DNA of 64,000 bases, taken from sequence record MN508624.2; one strand, given 5' to 3'. Shown here in pieces: positions 28,025-37,616 of this stretch. The first letter of the stretch is position 1. Each line of letters opens with the position of its first letter. Below the pieces are notes generated by a model. It saw only the letters and a list, made by a program, of their open reading frames with translations. It did not search any database and had not been told where the DNA came from. The position numbers and the translations under genes were made by a program. This DNA is from Enterobacter phage EC-F2.

Positions 28025-28055
28025 TGGGAACTGTTGAAAAGCAGTTCCCTTTTTT
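28025..28055 (+). terminator. rho-independent terminator (gggaactgttgaaaagcagttccc)
   Basis: Perfect hairpin plus TTTTTT right after the J-domain gene. Confidence 0.55.
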
Positions 28056-28069
28056 ATGAGGAAAATACT

Positions 28070-28402
28070 ATGAGTTGTCCAACATGGGCGCACTTTGAAA
28101 ACCTGAAAGAAGGTACGCAAAAACGCGTGTTTATCAATCTGGGATGGTTCGCACCTACAGATTTTGACATTGCTGAAATTCTGGTTAATGCCAGTAAAGA
28201 GATCAGCTATACTTACGAATGGGACTGTGTGAGAATGCCAGTTCTACCAGGGCAGTTTATTGATCGCGAGAAGTTCGAAGCAATGCGGATCGCCGTCGAA
28301 GGTATCAATTCGCTGTATCCCCCAAGTCTGGGTATGCATTACCGCCAGCGTTTTACCTTGAAAAAAGCATGGACTAAAGATAAAGAATGGGTGAAAGTAT
28401 GA
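28070..28402 (+). CDS. hypothetical protein (about 110 aa)
   Basis: ATG with a GAGGA RBS downstream of the terminator. Confidence 0.4.
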   Translation: MSCPTWAHFENLKEGTQKRVFINLGWFAPTDFDIAEILVNASKEISYTYEWDCVRMPVLPGQFIDREKFEAMRIAVEGINSLYPPSLGMHYRQRFTLKKAWTKDKEWVKV

Positions 28403-28626
28403 TTATTCAGGTATCGGTTCAGGGCAATACCCTGACAGTAACAAATTCCATTATGACCGCTATGGCTGCATGTCGTGATCATGTGATGTCAAACCCTCCG
28501 GTAACGGAAATTCTGGAAATTGATGTATGGGAAGACGGTGTGATCGAAGAATCCTTTGGTTTCACTCCGTTAGAGGAAGATTTACGTAAAATGGAACAAT
28601 GGTTATGGCAAACTGTACCCCAATGA
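28387..28626 (+). CDS. hypothetical protein (79 aa)
   Basis: Overlapping ORF in an operon. Confidence 0.35.
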   Translation: MGESMIIQVSVQGNTLTVTNSIMTAMAACRDHVMSNPPVTEILEIDVWEDGVIEESFGFTPLEEDLRKMEQWLWQTVPQ

Positions 28627-28880
28627 AACTACCAAAACACACAACCCTGTTAACCCGCGAAAAACTTCATTCGGTTGAATGGAGTCCGTTAGATGTGATG
28701 GTTTTCGATCTGGAATCCAAAATCATTAACGCTCATGTTAACGGATTGAATATCTTTTCTGTTGAATTTGAAAAGATTCGCGGGTACAATGAAGCCTGTA
28801 AAGACAAATTGCGCGTCATGGTTGAAGCTATGGGCTACATCGTGACTATTGAAGACAACAAAATGTGGATCGCGCTATGA
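28623..28880 (+). CDS. hypothetical protein (about 85 aa)
   Basis: ATGA overlap with the previous ORF; stop overlaps the frd start. Confidence 0.35.
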   Translation: MKLPKHTTLLTREKLHSVEWSPLDVMVFDLESKIINAHVNGLNIFSVEFEKIRGYNEACKDKLRVMVEAMGYIVTIEDNKMWIAL

Positions 28881-29458
28881 GCAAAGTAAAAGCAGTTTTC
28901 GCCGTTGGTCATGATATGTACGAAATGGACTATGCTTTCGGTTATGAACAGGGTTTACCGTGGGGACACTGCAAAGAGGATTTACAGAACTTCAAAGCAG
29001 AAACCGCAGATAGCGTCCTGATCATGGGTGCGAACACTTTTACTTCTCTTCCTGGTAAATTGCCAGGACGAATTCACTGCGTTCTGTCTGGTTCTGGTAG
29101 TTTCCTCAAAACCAAAAAAGGCGATGTTGCTGATTACGTCATCCACGGCGGCGGGTTGTCTGCTGCAATCGACGTGATGAAAGCAACGCATCCAGATCGT
29201 GATGTGTGTCTCATTGGCGGTAAGGGGTTGCTTCTGGAAGCAATCAATAATACACTGGTTGATGAAGTGGTTGTGACGCACATTTACGGACATCACACTT
29301 TCAATGCGCCAGCTTTTAAACGTGATGTTTCATTCACGGTTCCTGAATTCTGTGAAGCGGTTCTGAAATATGAACTGACTGATTTCAAAATTCAGCAGAT
29401 CGAGTCAAACGAACGCGTCAGAAAAATTATCGTCGATCGACATACGAAAAAGGCATAA
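28877..29458 (+). CDS. frd: dihydrofolate reductase
   Basis: GLPWGHCKEDLQNFKAETADSVLIMGANTFTSLPGKLPGRIHCVL parallels T4 Frd ([45 protein letters not shown]). Confidence 0.85.
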   Translation: MSKVKAVFAVGHDMYEMDYAFGYEQGLPWGHCKEDLQNFKAETADSVLIMGANTFTSLPGKLPGRIHCVLSGSGSFLKTKKGDVADYVIHGGGLSAAIDVMKATHPDRDVCLIGGKGLLLEAINNTLVDEVVVTHIYGHHTFNAPAFKRDVSFTVPEFCEAVLKYELTDFKIQQIESNERVRKIIVDRHTKKA

Positions 29459-29459
29459 A

Positions 29460-30314
29460 ATGAAACAATATCTTGATATCGTCAACACCGTTCTAACACA
29501 CGGTACTGAATCAACCGATCGTACTGGTGTTGGTACACTGCGCATCTTCGGGATGCAAGCACGTTGGAACCTCGCAGAAGGTTTCCCAGCGACTACCAGC
29601 AAACAGCTATTCTTCAAACCGTGTAAGCATGAATTACAGTGGTTCCTGTCCGGTTCTACCAACGTGGAAACATTGCGTAAAATGACGTGGGGTGAAGATA
29701 GCGATAAGCGGACAATCTGGGACGATAACTACGAAAATCAGGCTAAAGCACTGGGATATACTCATGGTTATCTGGGGCCGATCTACGGGCATCAATGGCG
29801 CTCGTTCGGTGAGGAAGGTTCTTTTTATGGTGTTGACCAGATTGCAAAAATCATCGAACAACTGAAAACCACACCAGACGATCGCGGGATCATCGTTTCT
29901 GCCTGGAACCCGATGGATCTGGATGATATGGCTTTGCGTCCGTGTCACTGTTTCTTCCAGTTCGTCGTAATCAACGGCAAACTGTCTCTACAGTGGTATC
30001 AGCGTTCAGTTGATGTCTTCTTAGGGTTGCCGTTCAATATCGCCTCCTACGCTCTCCTGACGCATATTATCGCTGATATTTGCGGGTATGAAGTGGGCGA
30101 TCTGGTTTGGACTGGCGGTGATGTCCATATCTACAAAAACGCAGTAGAACAAGCGAAAGAGTTGTTGAAGCCGGAACGCGCACCGCTTCCACTTCCGACC
30201 CTTTATATGCCGAAGGTAAATAGCTTACTTGATTTGGATCAAGAATTCTTTGACTCCATCCATTTGAAAGACTATAATCACCACGGCTCGCTAAAAGCAG
30301 CTATGGCAGTATAA
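29460..30314 (+). CDS. td: thymidylate synthase (uninterrupted)
   Basis: Canonical ThyA motifs (RTGVGT, active-site PCH in ALRPCHCFFQF, DLGPIYGHQWR); 284 aa in a continuous ORF. Confidence 0.9.
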   Translation: MKQYLDIVNTVLTHGTESTDRTGVGTLRIFGMQARWNLAEGFPATTSKQLFFKPCKHELQWFLSGSTNVETLRKMTWGEDSDKRTIWDDNYENQAKALGYTHGYLGPIYGHQWRSFGEEGSFYGVDQIAKIIEQLKTTPDDRGIIVSAWNPMDLDDMALRPCHCFFQFVVINGKLSLQWYQRSVDVFLGLPFNIASYALLTHIIADICGYEVGDLVWTGGDVHIYKNAVEQAKELLKPERAPLPLPTLYMPKVNSLLDLDQEFFDSIHLKDYNHHGSLKAAMAV

Positions 30315-30317
30315 ACA

Positions 30318-30340
30318 AAGGGGGCGAAAGCCCCTTTCTT
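30318..30340 (+). terminator. rho-independent terminator (agggggcgaaagcccct)
   Basis: Hairpin plus TTCTT after the td stop. Confidence 0.45.
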
Positions 30341-30354
30341 AACAAGGTAAGATA

Positions 30355-32601
30355 ATGAGTGATATTAAAACAGTAGTGAAGTCTTCTGGCGTAAGTCAAA
30401 CGTTCGAAAAAGAAAAACTGTTCAAAGTCCTTAATTGGGCAAGTATTGGAAGAAATATTGATGTTAACGCATTCCTTGAAAGTGTCGTTGACCTGCTTCG
30501 TGATGGTATGACTACCAAACAGATCCAGGCTGTAGCGATCAAGTATGCAGCGGATCGAATCTCCGCAAAAGAACCTGACTGGCAGTATGTAGCGGCTAAC
30601 CTCGAAATGTTCGCCCTTCGTAAAACCGTTTACGGGCAGTTTGACCCGATTCCGTTCTACGAACACATCACTAAGCTGGTTGAGGCTGGAAAATACGATA
30701 AAGAAATCCTGACAAAATGGACTCCAGCGGAGATTGATTATCTGGAATCGAAAATCAATCACGATAAAGATTTTGAATTTTCGTATGCTGGCGTTCAGCA
30801 GTTGATCGGGAAATATCTGTTGCAGGATCGCACGTCCGGCGACATCTACGAAACACCACAGTATGCATTCATGCTGATCGCGATGTGTCTGCATCAGGAC
30901 GAAAAACACGCTGATAAAATCAGTCATGTTGTTGACTTCTATAACGCGATTTCGGATCGTAAACTGTCATTACCTACGCCTATTATGGCGGGTGTGCGTA
31001 CTCCTACGCGTCAGTTCTCCAGTTGTGTTGTAATCGAATCGGGTGATTCTCTGGGTTCTCTGAACGCTGTTACGTCCGCGATCGTGAAGTATATCTCCCA
31101 ACGTGCGGGTATCGGTGTCAACGCCGGACATATTCGCGCTATGGGTTCAAAAATCCGTGGTGGTGAAGCAGTACATACAGGCGTTATCCCGTTCTGGAAA
31201 CACATTCAGACGGCGGTTAAATCCTGTTCCCAGGGCGGTGTTCGTGGTGGTGCAGCAACCCTGTATTATCCGATCTGGCATCTTGAAGTTGAAAACCTGC
31301 TGGTTCTGAAAAATAACCGTGGCGTTGAAGAAAACCGTATTCGTCACCTGGATTATGGTGTACAGCTTAACGATTTGATGTATAAGCGTTTAATCAATAA
31401 CGATTACATCACTCTGTTCAGCCCTGACGTTGCAAACGATCGCCTGTATGACGCGTTCTATCAAGCGGATCAGACTGAGTTTGAAGAACTGTATACCAGT
31501 CTTGAAAAAGACCCAACGGTACGCAAGAAACGCATCAAAGCGGTAGATCTGTTCCAGTTGCTTGTTCAGGAACGCGCACAGACCGGACGCAACTACATTT
31601 TCAACAGTCATCACGTAAACCAGCAGGGTAGTTTCTCTGTTCCGGTTCGTATGTCGAACCTGTGCTGTGAAATCGCGATCCCAACTTCACCGCTGGATGA
31701 CGATGATAAACTGGCTGGCGAAATTGGACTGTGTACGCTTATGGCGATCGTTCTCGATAATGCCGATATAAGCGAATTCCCAGCCCTTACACGCATCGCA
31801 GTACGCGCACTGGATAACTTGCTTGATTACCAGAACTACCCTGTTGCAGCGGCTCTGAAAGCCAAACAGCGTCGTTCTCTGGGTGTTGGTATTACCAACT
31901 ATGCATCATGGCTGGCAAGCAACTATTGCGACTACTCCGAAGCATATGCCGGAAACGTTCATGAGTTGATGGAAGCGTTTCAATTTAACCTGCTGGTTGC
32001 CTCTATGGAACTCGCACAGGAACGCGGTGCATGTGGACTGTTCCACGAAACGAAATATGCACAAGGGCTGTTGCCTATTGACTGGTACTGCAAAAACGTT
32101 GATGAACTGGCATCACCTGTGTATAACTGCGATTGGGAATGGTTACGCGGTGAAATCAAAAAACATGGCTTGCGTAACTCAACGCTTTCTGCTTTAATGC
32201 CTTGTGAAAGTAGCTCGCAGGTAAGTAACTCAACCAACGGGATTGAACCCCCACGCGGCCCTGTGAGTGTGAAATCTTCGAAAGAAGGTTCATTCAATCA
32301 GGTAGTACCAAACCAGAATAATCAGATTGACTTCTATGATTATCTCTGGACAATGGCAAAACGTGGAAACAAAGGTTATCTGTCTCATGTAGCGGTTATG
32401 CAGAAGTTTGTTGATCAGGCTATCTCTGCAAACACAAACTATGATCCGGCTAACTTCCCAGATGGTAAAGTGAAATCTGAAATCATCCTTGAAGATCTGC
32501 TGTATGCAAACTATTTCGGCATCAAAACGCTGTACTACCACAACACCCGCGACGGTGCAGGTGAGGAAGAAGCGGAAGATTGCGAAGGTTGCAAAATTTG
32601 A
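30355..32601 (+). CDS. nrdA: aerobic ribonucleotide reductase large subunit
   Basis: ATP-cone N-terminus, active-site region ...SNLCCEIA..., C-terminal CEGC; 748 aa versus T4 NrdA 754 aa. Confidence 0.9.
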   Translation: MSDIKTVVKSSGVSQTFEKEKLFKVLNWASIGRNIDVNAFLESVVDLLRDGMTTKQIQAVAIKYAADRISAKEPDWQYVAANLEMFALRKTVYGQFDPIPFYEHITKLVEAGKYDKEILTKWTPAEIDYLESKINHDKDFEFSYAGVQQLIGKYLLQDRTSGDIYETPQYAFMLIAMCLHQDEKHADKISHVVDFYNAISDRKLSLPTPIMAGVRTPTRQFSSCVVIESGDSLGSLNAVTSAIVKYISQRAGIGVNAGHIRAMGSKIRGGEAVHTGVIPFWKHIQTAVKSCSQGGVRGGAATLYYPIWHLEVENLLVLKNNRGVEENRIRHLDYGVQLNDLMYKRLINNDYITLFSPDVANDRLYDAFYQADQTEFEELYTSLEKDPTVRKKRIKAVDLFQLLVQERAQTGRNYIFNSHHVNQQGSFSVPVRMSNLCCEIAIPTSPLDDDDKLAGEIGLCTLMAIVLDNADISEFPALTRIAVRALDNLLDYQNYPVAAALKAKQRRSLGVGITNYASWLASNYCDYSEAYAGNVHELMEAFQFNLLVASMELAQERGACGLFHETKYAQGLLPIDWYCKNVDELASPVYNCDWEWLRGEIKKHGLRNSTLSALMPCESSSQVSNSTNGIEPPRGPVSVKSSKEGSFNQVVPNQNNQIDFYDYLWTMAKRGNKGYLSHVAVMQKFVDQAISANTNYDPANFPDGKVKSEIILEDLLYANYFGIKTLYYHNTRDGAGEEEAEDCEGCKI

Positions 32602-32606
32602 TTCAA

Positions 32607-32627
32607 TGCCCCTTCGGGGGCTTTTTA
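32607..32627 (+). terminator. rho-independent terminator (gccccttcgggggc)
   Basis: Hairpin plus TTTTT between nrdA and nrdB. Confidence 0.5.
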
Positions 32628-32639
32628 TAAGGTAAATCC

Positions 32640-33815
32640 ATGTTAACTGTAATGAACACAAACCCAGATCACAAACACTTAGAACAGCCTATGTTCTTTG
32701 GTGAGGATACGGGCGTAGCACGATACGAAGAACAGAAACACCGTGTATTCGAAACCCTGACTGAAAAACAACTGTCATTCTTCTGGCGACCGGAAGAAGT
32801 GGATCTGTCTATCGACCGTATGCAGTACGCGAAAATGCCGGAACACGAAAAAATCATTTTCGATTCAAACCTGCAATATCAAACCCTGCTGGATACCATT
32901 CAGGGGCGCGGCCCGAACCTGGCGTTCCTCCCTATCGCTTCCGATGTCTCAATGGAAACGTGGATCGAAACATGGGCGTTCAGTGAAACAATCCATAGCC
33001 GCAGTTACACGCACATTCAGCGCAACCTACACATCGACCCGTCGAAAGAGTTCGATAAGATTCTGCGCAACGAAGCGATCATGAAACGTTCTGCTTCCAT
33101 GACAAAATACTACGATGATCTGATCGCAGAATGTCATGAACTGAAAAATATTGTACTCAAGCTGGAACTGTTTACCTCTCACGGATACCCAGACGAATCG
33201 ATCGCAGAGTACGAGAAGAAACGCAAAGAGCAAATGCGTAAATGCAAGGTTGCTCTATACCTGTGTATGCACGCTGTCAACGCTCTGGAAGCGATCCGCT
33301 TCTACGTGTCGTTTACCTTCACGTTCAACTTTGCCGAACAAGGCAAGATGGAAGGTAACGCGAAGATCATGCGTCTGATTGCCCGTGATGAAGCACTTCA
33401 CCAGAAAGGCACTCAAAGCAAGATCCGACTCTGGCAGATGGGTAAAGATGACCCAGAAATGGCGGAAATCGCTTACCAGTACGAAGAGGAAGCGACAAAG
33501 ATTTTCCTGGAAGTATACGAACAGGAAAAAGAATGGGCTGAACACCTGTTCTCTATCGGTGATGTAGACGGCGTATCCCTGAAAAGTACGATCGCCTATA
33601 TTGAACACCTGACGGATCAGCGTATGCGCGCGGTTGGCTTGCAGTCTCCATTTAAACCAACGCCGAACCCGTATCCATGGATGAACAAATGGTTGAAGTC
33701 TGACAACGTACAGGTAGCCCCGCAAGAGGTTGAAGTAAGTTCTTACCTGGTTGGCAACCTCAACACTGAGATCAGCGACGAAGCCTATGCAAAATGGCGA
33801 CAAAAATACGCTTGA
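32640..33815 (+). CDS. nrdB: ribonucleotide reductase small subunit (uninterrupted)
   Basis: Di-iron ligands (...ETIHSRSY..., ...RDEALH...) and the tyrosyl radical site; 391 aa versus T4 388 aa. Confidence 0.9.
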   Translation: MLTVMNTNPDHKHLEQPMFFGEDTGVARYEEQKHRVFETLTEKQLSFFWRPEEVDLSIDRMQYAKMPEHEKIIFDSNLQYQTLLDTIQGRGPNLAFLPIASDVSMETWIETWAFSETIHSRSYTHIQRNLHIDPSKEFDKILRNEAIMKRSASMTKYYDDLIAECHELKNIVLKLELFTSHGYPDESIAEYEKKRKEQMRKCKVALYLCMHAVNALEAIRFYVSFTFTFNFAEQGKMEGNAKIMRLIARDEALHQKGTQSKIRLWQMGKDDPEMAEIAYQYEEEATKIFLEVYEQEKEWAEHLFSIGDVDGVSLKSTIAYIEHLTDQRMRAVGLQSPFKPTPNPYPWMNKWLKSDNVQVAPQEVEVSSYLVGNLNTEISDEAYAKWRQKYA

Positions 33816-34098
33816 TTGTCGCGTCGTAAACAAGTATAAAAGTGATTGGGATGTCGATATTCAAAGAGGTACGAAGTTCGGCAATCCCTTTTACAAGGGA
33901 ACACGGGGTGAAAACATTCTTAACTTCATCCCGTATTTCCAAAACTTGATTCGAACTGGCGTGATCACAATCGACGAACTGAAAGAACTGGACGGGAAGC
34001 GGTTAGGCTGTAGTTGCAAACCCTTACCGTGTCACGGTGATTATATTGCTCACTGCGTCAATGTGTTGACCGGAAAGGTGAATAAGTTGGATATATAA
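33787..34098 (+). CDS. DUF4326-like small protein (conserved GTKFGNPF ... CxC ... CHGD)
   Basis: Motifs RGTKFGNPF and CSCKPLPCHGD; overlaps the 3' end of nrdB by about 29 nt; start uncertain (the table ORF begins at a TTG at 33751). Confidence 0.4.
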   Translation: MQNGDKNTLDCRVVNKYKSDWDVDIQRGTKFGNPFYKGTRGENILNFIPYFQNLIRTGVITIDELKELDGKRLGCSCKPLPCHGDYIAHCVNVLTGKVNKLDI

Positions 34099-34517
34099 TG
34101 GACGATGTAACGTTTGGTGTAATATTTCCTTTGCGTCTGGGTTCAGACAAAAGGATAGATCGGAGTTTTGTTAAATGTGGCGAATTCCGGCATTGTGTGT
34201 ATTTTATTGAAATCGACGGTCGGATAGTGTATGTTGGAAAATGTCGTGATTTGTGGAAGCGGTTAGACACATACCGCAATTCGAAATACTGGCGGGAAGC
34301 AAACCCCAGTAACATTTTGAAAACCGCACGTCTGGAAATGGCAATCAAAAAACGTAAGCGTGTAAATCTTATCGTGACAACACACGATGAAGAAACATAT
34401 CATGATTTTGAAATAAACATGATCCGAAAAATCAATCCTGAATGGAACAAACAGCACTATGACAAATCTAACCAAAAATCAGAAAACCTTATTCAACCAG
34501 TTGATGAAACTGTGTAA
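34098..34517 (+). CDS. denA: endonuclease II (GIY-YIG family)
   Basis: CVYFIEIDGRIVYVGKCRDLWKRLDTYR and KINPEWNKQHYDK parallel T4 DenA (VIYAIAINDELVYIGKTKNLRKRINYYR ... LFNPPWNIQHKK); 139 aa versus 136 aa; position after nrdB as in T4. Confidence 0.7.
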   Translation: MDDVTFGVIFPLRLGSDKRIDRSFVKCGEFRHCVYFIEIDGRIVYVGKCRDLWKRLDTYRNSKYWREANPSNILKTARLEMAIKKRKRVNLIVTTHDEETYHDFEINMIRKINPEWNKQHYDKSNQKSENLIQPVDETV

Positions 34518-35616
34518 CGAAAGCGAATGCTTCTACTTCATTGATCAAAAAACTGTGATGCAAACCAATGTTCGCATCTTTAACTATCGCATGGCGAGCT
34601 ATTCCGACTGGTTAAAACCTGGTGCGCTGGAATGTCGCGGCATCATGTTTGTAATGGATGGGGATACCCCCGTAAAACTCGCCAGTCGCCCTATGGAGAA
34701 GTTTTTCAACTATGCTGAGGTAAAGGCATGGGAAGCACTGAAAGCCTCTCCTGTGACGATTGGTGAAACCGTAGTGGATGTGATGATTAAGGAAGATGGT
34801 TCCCTGATCTCCACCTTCTGTGATTCCGGCTATCTGGGTGTTAAGTCTAAAGCATCCGTTCAATCTGAACAGGCTATGGACGCTATGAGCGTGATCCAGA
34901 CTAACCGCGCATTGTTCGATCGCCTGACCGAACTGGTTAACGATGGTTTCACAGTCAACATGGAATACGTCGCACCGACAAACCGTATTGTAATTGGCTA
35001 TCAGGAACCAGCAGTGGTGATCCTGAACATCCGTAATAACGACACGGGCGAATATGTCGATTATCAGGATATCTTCGCAGATGGTGTATTACGTCCGTTC
35101 CTGGTTGAGCGCGAGAAAATCGAAATCACCGATCTGGATGCGTTCATTACCGAAGCCTACACGAAAGAAGGTTTCGAGGGTTACGTGATCAAAACTGATA
35201 AAGGTTTTGTAAAAGCGAAAACCAACTGGTATGTAAACCTTCACCGCACGAAGGATAGCATCAACAATAACAAAGATCTGTTTTTAAATATTGTTGAAAA
35301 TACCGTCGATGACCTGAAACAAATGTTCCTCGATGATATGTACGCACTCAAGAAAATTGACGCATTCGAAACGTTATTCCTTGATAGTCTGAATCGTCTG
35401 ACTGCAAAAGCATTCCAGGCAATCGAAGACACGAAAGGCAAATCACGCAAAGACTACGCGATCGCCCTGAGCGCAGACTTAACCCCTGACGGTCGTATCA
35501 TCTTCGGGCCTATGATGCGTTATTTCGATGATACCGATAAGCAAAAGCTGGTCGATAACATCGTTGCATTAATGGCGAAGAACTACGAACAGTTTATACC
35601 GGAAGAATATAAATGA
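34459..35616 (+). CDS. rnlA: RNA ligase 1 (T4 gene 63 type)
   Basis: [39 protein letters not shown]...KEDGSLIS is collinear with T4 Rnl1 ([39 protein letters not shown]...KEDGSLVS); catalytic lysine motif KEDG. Confidence 0.85.
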   Translation: [385 protein letters not shown]

Positions 35617-35939
35617 CATTACCAGCCTTTCCAAAGTTAACTTCTTTGGTGTGGCCTGTGCTTGTTGCCCTGTCTTTGGCAGGGCTTTTGTACATGACAA
35701 TCACGCTAAAGAGCGAAAACGATCAATTGGCTAAAGATATCAAAGAGTTACAGGCTGATATCAAAAAAGTCAAAGAGACAAACAACACCAATACGGTGAT
35801 CTATGTCGAACAAAAAGGTAAGGATCAGCAGTTGGTCAAGGATGCCGGACGTAAAGATCTGCTGTTCAAGAAACCAGGACTGATCGAAATCAAGATCAAC
35901 AAGTCCTTCGAAGAGTATATGGCGGAGTACGACAAATGA
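35613..35939 (+). CDS. i-spanin (pseT.3-like)
   Basis: N-terminal TM helix (LVWPVLVALSLAGLLYMTI) followed by a coiled-coil periplasmic domain; immediately precedes a lipoprotein gene and pseT, as in T4. Confidence 0.6.
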   Translation: MTLPAFPKLTSLVWPVLVALSLAGLLYMTITLKSENDQLAKDIKELQADIKKVKETNNTNTVIYVEQKGKDQQLVKDAGRKDLLFKKPGLIEIKINKSFEEYMAEYDK

Positions 35940-36253
35940 AAATTGCAACGTTAGCCCTTGTTCTGGGCGTTCTGTTGGTCGGGTGTGCTGAGAAGCCCCC
36001 AGAAAAGATTTTGCCTACGCTCCCCGCTAAGGTGAATCCGGTGAATGTGAAATGGAAAGTGGTTGCAGAAGTCCGAGAGATTGACGGTAAAAAATACCTT
36101 GTCATGCCTTATGACGGAAACCCATACGTTGCCCTTTCATATCCCGATTCGTTAATCTTCCGTAGTTGGATGAATGACGTTAAGCGTCAGAAAGACCAGA
36201 CGGATAACATTCTGTGTACCGTGGGATACCCTGAGAAATGCAAGTCAAAATAA
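35936..36253 (+). CDS. o-spanin outer-membrane lipoprotein (pseT.2-like)
   Basis: Signal peptide with lipobox LLVGC; ATGA start overlap with the i-spanin gene. Confidence 0.65.
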   Translation: MKIATLALVLGVLLVGCAEKPPEKILPTLPAKVNPVNVKWKVVAEVREIDGKKYLVMPYDGNPYVALSYPDSLIFRSWMNDVKRQKDQTDNILCTVGYPEKCKSK

Positions 36254-36405
36254 TTGATACATTCTTTGATGACTTGACGGTCGGAAAGGTGTATGATGCT
36301 GTAGAATCCAAAAATGAACTATTGATTGATAGCGATTGGGGGATTGCAGTCAATCTGCATACCGAAGCCAATCAGGAACTAATTGAATATGAGATCTTGA
36401 AATGA
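36238..36405 (+). CDS. small hypothetical protein (55 aa; not in the ORF table)
   Basis: ATG at 36238 in another frame overlapping the o-spanin 3' end; stop overlaps the pseT ATG (ATGA). Confidence 0.25.
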   Translation: MQVKIIDTFFDDLTVGKVYDAVESKNELLIDSDWGIAVNLHTEANQELIEYEILK

Positions 36406-37289
36406 ATCTGTTTATTACTGTAGGCGTACCAGGTAGCGGGAAAACTACATGGGCGAAAGAAAAAGCTCGTCAACTGGGGAACACGCTGACTGTTTCCCGT
36501 GACGATATCCGCAAAACCCTTTACTGTGCTGGCGGTGATCTCACTGGCTATCGCTTCACCGAAGAGAAAGAACTGTTTGTTTGCCGTGTGCAAGAAGATA
36601 CAGTTCGTAATGCCCTGGCGAGTGGAAAGAACGTTATCGTTCACAATACCCATTTACACCAAAAAGATCATGATGCGTGGCGAGCAATTGCGAAAGAGTT
36701 CGATGCTGATTTCCATATTGAATGGATTGATTCCGATATTGTAGAACTCCTGAAACGAAACCATAAACGCGGTGTGAATGCTCTGCCTGTTTCCCGTGTC
36801 TGGGCGATGTTCGAACAGTACCGTAAACTCCGTGGCTGGGTTCCGGCTATGAGCTATGCAGATCCGACGAAACCAAAATGCGTTATCTTCGACGTTGACG
36901 GGACTCTAACCAAAGTCGGACAACGTAGCCCGTATGATTTCACGAAAGTAATCAACGATCCGGCTAACCCTCCTGTGCAAGAACTGTTCAGGATGTATAA
37001 GGCCGCTGGCTATGCCTGTGTTGTCGTATCGGGGCGTGAGGGTACTGCGCAGTGCGCACATGATACCGCTGCAAGCCTGATCGGATATGGTGTTGACCTG
37101 AGCGATGGTATCTACATGCGAGAAGAAGGTGATCATCGTCACGATATTCACGTAAAAGAGCAAATACTTGTTGAAAAGATTCTCGATAAGTATTATCCTG
37201 TTCTTGCAGTGGACGACAGGGATACACCAGTCGGGATGTGGCGAATGAACGGTATCCCGTGTTTCCAGGTTGATTACGGCGACTTCTAA
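36402..37289 (+). CDS. pseT: polynucleotide 5'-kinase/3'-phosphatase
   Basis: Kinase P-loop GVPGSGKTT...RDD and HAD phosphatase motif VIFDVDGTL; collinear with T4 Pnk; 295 aa versus 301 aa. Confidence 0.85.
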   Translation: MNLFITVGVPGSGKTTWAKEKARQLGNTLTVSRDDIRKTLYCAGGDLTGYRFTEEKELFVCRVQEDTVRNALASGKNVIVHNTHLHQKDHDAWRAIAKEFDADFHIEWIDSDIVELLKRNHKRGVNALPVSRVWAMFEQYRKLRGWVPAMSYADPTKPKCVIFDVDGTLTKVGQRSPYDFTKVINDPANPPVQELFRMYKAAGYACVVVSGREGTAQCAHDTAASLIGYGVDLSDGIYMREEGDHRHDIHVKEQILVEKILDKYYPVLAVDDRDTPVGMWRMNGIPCFQVDYGDF

Positions 37290-37296
37290 AAAACAG

Positions 37297-37332
37297 TTGA
37301 CAGTGAGTGCGGGTGTGATAAGATACCCGCAC
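37297..37332 (+). promoter_or_regulatory. sigma70-like promoter TTGACA -16- TAAGAT with an overlapping inverted repeat gtgcgggt/acccgcac
   Basis: TTGACAgtgagtgcgggtgtgaTAAGATacccgcac about 25 nt upstream of AAGGAG...ATG at 37350. Confidence 0.5.
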
Positions 37333-37349
37333 AAACAAAGGAGAATATT

Positions 37350-37616
37350 ATGGTTATTCGTGAAAATGAAAATGTGATGGTTGAACTGGGTGATCGTGTT
37401 AAAGTTGAGAATCCTGTTGAACTTCAACTGAAACTCAACCAGTTAGGCCAGCGCATTGCTGATAAAATTCCTGCTGGTTATACAGTGAAGATTGTCCGCG
37501 ATGGTCAGTTCTCCTTCCTTCTGGGTATTCTGAGTCAACGTAACATCGTTGAACAACAGTTCGGGATTCAGTGGAATCCGGTAACTAAATTCGTAACATG
37601 GGCGGCAGTATTATGA
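37350..37616 (+). CDS. hypothetical protein (88 aa)
   Basis: AAGGAG RBS; first gene after the promoter. Confidence 0.4.
   Translation: MVIRENENVMVELGDRVKVENPVELQLKLNQLGQRIADKIPAGYTVKIVRDGQFSFLLGILSQRNIVEQQFGIQWNPVTKFVTWAAVL

Noticed and set aside
29460-33815. Group I introns / homing endonucleases in td and nrdB (present in T4)
   Set aside because: Both genes are continuous full-length ORFs here, with no insertion and no intron-like structured gap.
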